Source: Anthoceros angustus | Lineage: Eukaryota; Plantae; Anthocerotophyta | Reading direction: 5' to 3' | Assembly: GCA_010909165.1 (NCBI GenBank) | Contig: VJWM01000135.1 | Span: forward strand, 1 to 64,000 | DNA: 64,000 nt | The notes under the pieces: model-generated | Told to the model about the DNA's origin: nothing | The model's input: the letters and a program-made list of their open reading frames with translations, nothing else | Database searches by the model: none | Shown here: in pieces, positions 57,889 to 64,000 of the stretch | How positions within the stretch are numbered: the first letter of the stretch is position 1 | Layout: every line of letters begins with the position of its first letter | Translations under genes and position numbers: made by a program

Positions 57889-59404
57889 TCACAAGGGAAG
57901 GTGGACAAGAGGGGACAGTTGGGATGCAAGCGTCACAAGGTCCGCATCGGTGAAGGAATCATCGAAGCAAATGTACCTCGACTGAGCTACCCCTACGGAA
58001 CTGGAGCTATGACGCTCAAAGACGTGAACATGTGCGTGGGCAGCGTGCGTCACAGTCACGTGTGCCAGAAGCCCCTTTTGCTGCATCTCCTTCGCGCCTG
58101 TTTGCATCCAGGGAAGCGAGTCAGATGCTTTGACGTCAGCAGATTTCATTCTCAAGCAGCTTTAGAAGATGAAGGTGTTCACGAGTTGGTGGTGTATTAT
58201 CATCATACCTTTGAGATAAGCGATGGTAGGAGTAGCATTTTTTTCCACGAAATCAGGCCCTGTGATGAGAGCAGGGTTTACTACCAGCATGCGGACGCCT
58301 GTTTCCTTGGCTAGATTCCGAGCTGCCTTCTCTGCCTCGGTCTTGGCTAATGCAAACCACAGCTGCACTTGACACAATATTTGCAGGCTCTGTGAATCAC
58401 ATTCATAAGATTGTTTTCGTATTGTGCAATGTCCTAGGGCTGCTTGCGATCGATACCTTTTTCTGTCTGCAAAGCTGGGAGTCACTGTACAGAAGGCGCG
58501 TCGAGCTGAGATTCATCAGCTTGTAGCAGCAGGAGCCACTGCTTGAACAGGAACAGGTATGGCGGGATGTGTCGACGACGTGCACATTTTGGTCCGCGGT
58601 GTTGATGCTTCCTGTGAGGTGAGTGTCGGTCAAGAGCATTTGGTCACACCACACAATGGTAGCGGCCGAGGAGGTAAGAATTAAAGTGGACACTGTTTCG
58701 GCTCTCGCACATGCTGCTACTACGTTGCTAGTTCCCTTCACCTCTGCATCCACCGTATGCTCCTGCCATCACAATTTCAGACCAAAACAAATCAGGGAGC
58801 TGGTGGGCACAAAGCAAACTTCCAATTTGAGCCCGGGTTGATCAATCGCATGCGCATGGCACCTGGTATCCCGAGATGGAGTTTGGATCTACGAACGAGA
58901 CGGTGTGAAAAATGGCATCGCAGCCTTGGAGCGCAGCAACTGTGTCGTCAAGATCCATCACATCGAAATCCACAAGCTCTAGACATGTCACCTTATCTCC
59001 TGCATTAAGCTCCGTGAGGAACTGCTCGATGGCCCTCTCCCTTGCCTCCGTATCTGCGCCATCCCCACAGTCTGCATGTACTCAGTAATGGCTTCCAATG
59101 GTAGCTCGAAACCCGCATAATTTGAAACATGAAATTCTTCAAGGTTGGAGAAGGTGGAAATCGAAAGAGCCTCCAGCCACGTACCAGGCATTCTTTGCAC
59201 AATAGCCCGAACTCTGTACCCCTTCCGGAGAAGGAGTTTCACTATTTCAACCCCCAGAAAGCTCCAACCTCCCGTCACTCCCACCATCGTGCCGAAGCCA
59301 GAGATTTGATCGTCTCTCGGCCATGGATGGGCCGGGGGGCCAGTTGCCCCTAGGTCTGAACAGGAAACACAGCTTTGAGGCACAGGAGTTGCTATCTTCA
59401 ACAT
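57889..59404 (-). CDS. Cinnamoyl-CoA reductase-like (SNL6/atypical SDR) NAD(P)-dependent reductase, multi-exon; start and stop approximate
   Basis: VGVTGGWSFLGVEIVKLLLRKGYRVR (Rossmann), EVKGTSNVVAACARAETV..LILTSS, LWFALAKTEAEKAA, VVNPALITGP..TPTIAYLK|GAKEM and SRYICFD. Confidence 0.85.
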
Positions 59405-60103
59405 ACTGGAGACCGGAATTTAGGCAGATTTGGGGTATCGTAACAGCAACGCCTGAAGTAGAAACTACATGCTAGCGCTGATGCGGGAGCCTCACCTAAC
59501 CTTGAGCATGCAGCTTTCATGGGGTCACCAGCAAGCTGTTGCTCAGCTCACGGCAGATCTAACATTGTCCCATCAATTGGACTCTGCGGAGAGCTGCCGG
59601 AGGACGACTTCTCATTTCATGCAAGACTGATTGATGGCGAACCTGAGCCTAGCGACAAGGACAGTGGAACACAGGGCACACCAATGCTCACCAATCCGAA
59701 TTTATATAGACCCACATACAGGATTTACAGATTCTCAAAGATTTAAAGCCCCGCCGTCAGCTTATAAGCCAAGCGAGGCTGCACACAGTCCCATTCACCG
59801 GACAGCTACATACGTTCCTTTCTCATACGACCTAATGCTTGTCCTGGCAAACTGCATCAAAGGGGTTTATGTCGCCCAGGGAGGTTGAGGCCGGAAAGTA
59901 AAAAGGAGAGCGCGGAACGGAAAGAAAAAGGTTCGTGACAAGATCGGTGAACATCCGTCACCGATCTGCTCAGGGATTGTGTACATTATACAGTAAAAGT
60001 TGTTACAGAGAGTCTCGCGCAGTGCCTACCAAGGACTGTAGCTGTAGCAATTCCTAGTAGACGCAAGAACAAAACTCTCAAACGTTGTTTTCGTTGAAGG
60101 ACT

Positions 60104-61138
60104 TCAAGACGCAGTGGGAAACGAGGCATCCTGGTACATGCCACACAAGCCGTCCGAGCCTCCCACCCGCTGGATGCGCATGTATCCGCTTTCGCCCCAG
60201 CTCGTGCCCCAAGAATTCTTGAGGCGCCAGAAGTCAGTCCCACTCGATGTGCCCCACCCGACTGCTAACACAGCGTGATCCAAATCCGTGTCGCAATCTC
60301 CGGTGAACACGCCCGAGGCATAAGACTGAAAATCTCTGCCTCCGCCAGCGATTGCCACACTGACGGGTTGCCTAGAAACAGCAGCCATCAAAGCACTCTG
60401 ACTGCTACCCACGTTTTGGTATCCGGTGATGGTAACGACATGGCGATTCTCCTTCCCTGAGTTACAGTTGCCATCTGAAGCTGTGTAGGTGTAGTCAGTT
60501 TCCGAGTCGATACCTCCATTACTCGAGATAAAATCAAACGCATACTGCATGTTTCCACCAGTGCAACCAGAACAGTCGCTCACACAATCGACTAACTCTT
60601 GCTCCGAGAGAGACACTGTTCTGTTGGTGCTTATGGCATGAATAGCTTCCACGGCTCCAGTTGCTGAAAATGCCCAACAACTGCCACAACTGCCTTGGTT
60701 CTTCACACCCGTCACGACACCATGGTCCACCCAATTGTACGAACTTGCCTGCGTTAACGGAGCATTATATGAGAATGTAGGTGCTGTCTTGTTCCTTGCC
60801 GGAATGTACCCATTTGCATATCGCTGATGCTCATCGGTGGCGAGATCTGAAAACGCGTTCAAACCCAAAACGTAGGTGACGTTTTGATTTCGAGCATGGA
60901 TGTAATGCAGGTTGTCGATGAAGATCTCCAGACGCCGTTGTCTCTCCGTCTCGTCGTGATACGCTTTCTGGAATCGTGCGGCCCAGGAATCGAACAATCG
61001 CTCCGTACGCTCATGCGATGTCAAATCACTCGGCTCGTAACCTGTGATACTAGAGTCCAGCACGCGAGTGCTATGTGTGCCTTTCAGGGAAACTACTCCT
61101 AGAAGCAACACTGCCAAGAGCATTCTACTAATAGCCAT
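60104..61138 (-). CDS. Papain-like cysteine protease (C1A) with signal peptide and I29 prodomain, intronless, no granulin domain
   Basis: ERFNIN-like [70 protein letters not shown]; start at the Met at 61138. Confidence 0.96.
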   Translation of the reverse strand: MAISRMLLAVLLLGVVSLKGTHSTRVLDSSITGYEPSDLTSHERTERLFDSWAARFQKAYHDETERQRRLEIFIDNLHYIHARNQNVTYVLGLNAFSDLATDEHQRYANGYIPARNKTAPTFSYNAPLTQASSYNWVDHGVVTGVKNQGSCGSCWAFSATGAVEAIHAISTNRTVSLSEQELVDCVSDCSGCTGGNMQYAFDFISSNGGIDSETDYTYTASDGNCNSGKENRHVVTITGYQNVGSSQSALMAAVSRQPVSVAIAGGGRDFQSYASGVFTGDCDTDLDHAVLAVGWGTSSGTDFWRLKNSWGTSWGESGYMRIQRVGGSDGLCGMYQDASFPTAS

Positions 61139-61270
61139 GGATAGTGTGACAGAATCACCTCCAGGGGCCAAGTTGGGGGAAGGGAAAGGATTGGGAGGCA
61201 CTCGCAACACTCCTGACACAAGCGTATTTCCCTTTCACGTCCTTGCCTCTTAAAGTAGAGACATTTCCAT

Positions 61271-62785
61271 CTAGCATGCGTCCCGATCTACCACTACAGG
61301 TCTGGCAGATCCACGAAGATGATCTCCCGGCTGCGTCCCAAAGACTCTATGCGGGGAAGGATGTACCCGAATTCGGAAGTAGTTGGACATACTTACTGTA
61401 TGTGCCGTGGAGCAAGGCACATGCTGCAGTGCTTTCAAAATCTCATACTTGAACAGCTGGACGCGGCCAACCGGTTCTGCTTTGGGGACCGGCAAGTTCA
61501 ACGACTTCTGCAGATATGAGTACTGACTGCGTTCAGCCTTTCAAATAAGAGGTAACACCTCCGTAGCTGTCTTTTCTTAAAGGGGTTCCCAAAACCTGGT
61601 CGGGAGGTTGGGAGCTGGAGTCTCTGTCGGCACTTGATGGGGTGCACTTTCCTTAGACGAATCACACAACTTCACGAAAGCTGCGACCAGGAATGGAATT
61701 AGGGTATGAAATGACGGATTTGCGACCACCTTCCAATGTTACACACATACCTTCACAGTCTTCCACTATCTTGCTCTTCTGTGAAGAGTCCTTTGCAGGG
61801 TAGAGCTTGTGTGCTTGCTGGAGCTTCAAAGAATACCTCTCCAGACCTTCCATCTCCTTACGTAAGTAAGCTGCTCGGCTTTCTTCCTACACACTCCAGA
61901 GAGATTCCACCGATTGTTTCTGTTAGATGACAACACAAGTCGCTTCTTCCTACAAATATCAGCAGCTGCATCCAACAGCCCACTCACAGCATCGGCTTGG
62001 ATACTCCAGTGTCTCAGTTCCTCGAGAAGTTTGCTGGAATCAGCACAAGTGTCAATGTCATTTCTCGAGTAACTTGAAGGCTGCCATAACAGTCAAACTC
62101 CAGCATCATGTCTGTGCTAGAGAAAAGAGTGGGCAAAGTCAGGCTTATTGAACCACACAAGGAGACTTGCAGCAAGCAAGGTGGTAGTAGAAAGCCTGCC
62201 GCCAAATACCGTTTCAGGTTTAGACTCGGTTTGAGCAGCAGCCGATAAGGAATTGCAGTATTCTCCCCATCGGATTAAGCTCTCAAAAGCCTTTTCTTGA
62301 ACCTTTTGGTACAACCTATCCACAGCCTAATTCGAACAAGCCACAAGTGAACGACCCACCTCATTGTGTCCTCCGCATCAGGAAAGAGAGCCTGTTTAAT
62401 CAGGCATTCAGTTACCTCCTGCAAAGCAACTAAATCCTCCTCTCTCTGCAGGTCCATTGCAGCATGGCTGGATCATCCAACAATGTTCAGAAGAAGGGAG
62501 TGAGAAAGAAGAAAGCTTGTCCGCCAGTCAGTAATGAATCAAAGCCTTACGTTTCCATGAGATTGAAACCTCTGATAGCCATCTCCTCAGCCTGCGCAAT
62601 GTTCAAACCATATCAGACCAACCCTGCCAAACAGCATAGCCTCAAGCAGCTGATTTACTGTCGCAATAATTGACCGGATGCACTGTCAGAATTTGCATAG
62701 GTGAAGAAGAGACGGCGCAATCCGTGACCTGAGAGAGGACTGTCGTTAAGAGCTCTTCAGATTGCGGTGGCTCCATCACGTCCAT
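61271..62785 (-). CDS. Unidentified multi-exon protein-coding gene
   Basis: Chain of GT-AG-bounded segments: MDVMEPPQSEELLTTVLSQ|AEEMAIRGFNLMET|..DLQREEDLVALQE|AVDRLYQKVQEKAFESLIRWGEYCNSL..|EMEGLERYSLKLQQAHKLYP..|LQKSLNLPVPKAEPVGRVQLF|SNYFRIRVHPSPHRVFG..DAC*. Confidence 0.6.
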
Positions 62786-62927
62786 TTAGGAGTCCTGTTC
62801 CAGAGCATTCTTGCGCCGCCCATCTCCAAACCTGGTCCAAGCGGCACAGGCGGGAATTCGAACAGTGTAGCCGTGTAGCCCTAAACTGGAAACTTGTGCT
62901 GCGACCCTCTCCTGGATACAGCTGCCG

Positions 62928-64000
62928 ATGCTGAGAATGGTGGCTTCCGCGAGCAGCATCAGGCTGCCATTCGTTCCAAAGCTGGGAGGTTCTACGATGT
63001 TGAAGGAATCCGTGCCTCAGTTGCTGTCCAAGCCTGCGCTGCCGTCATCCTTGTCTCGGAAGCCTTTTCAAAGCCGCTATTCAGGAGGCAGGCGTGGAGG
63101 CAGGAGGCTGGTGTGCCTCACTTCTTCAAGCAAGGATGAGGCTGCCACAGGAGTGGAGTGCAACAGCTCCTATGCACCACCGTGGTTCAGGTGAATTCAG
63201 CGCCGAATCATGCCTCTCGTGTAATGGAAAATGTAGTACTGGGCAAAAGCTGACAGGGCTCAAATTTCAGTGCAGTGTGGCGCCAATGATGGACTGGACG
63301 GACAACCACTTCCGCACCCTGGCCCGTCTCATGTCGAGCTGCTCCTGGCTGTACACCGAAATGGTTGTGGCCGACACCATTGTGCATCAAGTTGACAACT
63401 TGGTATGTAGTTTTTTGGATGTTCATCCCATCAGTGTATTGTTTCACACTTGGTTTGTCGTTTCTGATCCTGATTTGTTGAAACAGGACAGGCTACTGCA
63501 ATATCCAGAATTCCAACACCCAATTGTCCTCCAGCTTGGTGGAAGCAGTCCTGCAAAGCTGGCAACAGCGGCCCGGCTTGCAAGTGCATATGGCTATGAT
63601 GAGTTCAACTTCAAGTATGCCCCAGCTCTGCGACAGGTTTTTTGATTCAGTGCCTTTTTTCTCAGTCACTGTTACTTTGTAAGATCTTACAAAGCTGTGA
63701 ATGGCAGTTGTGGATGCCCAAGTAGCAAGGTGGCTGGTGCTGGTTGTTTTGGAGCCCGCCTGATGATGGAGCCTGTGGTACTCTTTCTATTGCTCTCTGG
63801 CATGCACATTGGGGGCTGTCAAGAGCCGTTTGTAATCCAAGCTTAAATTTTCTGTGGAGTGGAGAGGTTGCTGGTCTGTTTATGTTGGAACTGCTCTTCA
63901 GCTTGTAGGTCAAGCGATGAGCGCAATTGCAGAGGCATCAACTACACCAGTGACCGTCAAGTGCAGGATTGGAGTTGATGATTTTGATTCATATGAGCAC
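62928..64000 (+). CDS. tRNA-dihydrouridine synthase (DusA-like) with transit peptide; truncated by window end
   Basis: SVAPMMDWTDNHFRTLARL, LYTEMV, PIVLQLGGS, YGYDEFNF|NCGCPS.KVAG.GCFGARLM and PVTVKCRIGVDD. Confidence 0.93.

Overview
Eukaryotic nuclear DNA from a non-seed land plant. It is probably a bryophyte, and a hornwort-like compact genome fits the 80-170 bp GT-AG introns, the head-to-head gene pairs 140-290 bp apart and a 5S rRNA with the CCAGGGCTACTACACC-type 5' region. This taxonomic assignment is inference. 1-9.1 kb: a near full-length but scrambled LINE (ORF1, APE endonuclease, RT and a C-terminal zinc-knuckle-like motif; minus strand) runs into a G-rich modular repeat array. The array holds two co-oriented 5S rRNA copies and the intron-containing 3' half of a vacuolar processing enzyme gene. 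This block is a patchwork of short pieces copied from a few kb away, which is either a consensus/polishing artefact or templated-insertion mutagenesis. 9.6-17.5 kb: zf-MYND/MSS51-like gene, CENP-C, and a ZIP4-like zinc transporter with three ZDRE motifs upstream. 18.8-28 kb: transposon debris, the 3' end of an LTR element with an accessory ORF, tandem repeats and a 534-aa orphan ORF. 28.9-41.1 kb: dense housekeeping block (RAD16, BCL7-domain homolog, TMEM234, NUDT23, MAM33, ROCK1-like transporter). 41.9-59.4 kb: two type III polyketide synthases (one CHS-like with a frameshift, one strongly divergent) and a CCR/SNL6-like reductase. Between the two PKS genes are decayed LRR-receptor copies, one of which is interrupted by a 2.1 kb block carrying tRNA-Asp and a LEA gene. 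60-64 kb: papain-like protease, an unidentified multi-exon gene and a DusA-like gene cut by the window end. The best leads are the 5S-rDNA-associated LINE with its patchwork structure and the PKS/reductase neighbourhood. Exon boundaries were inferred by eye and no database search was run.
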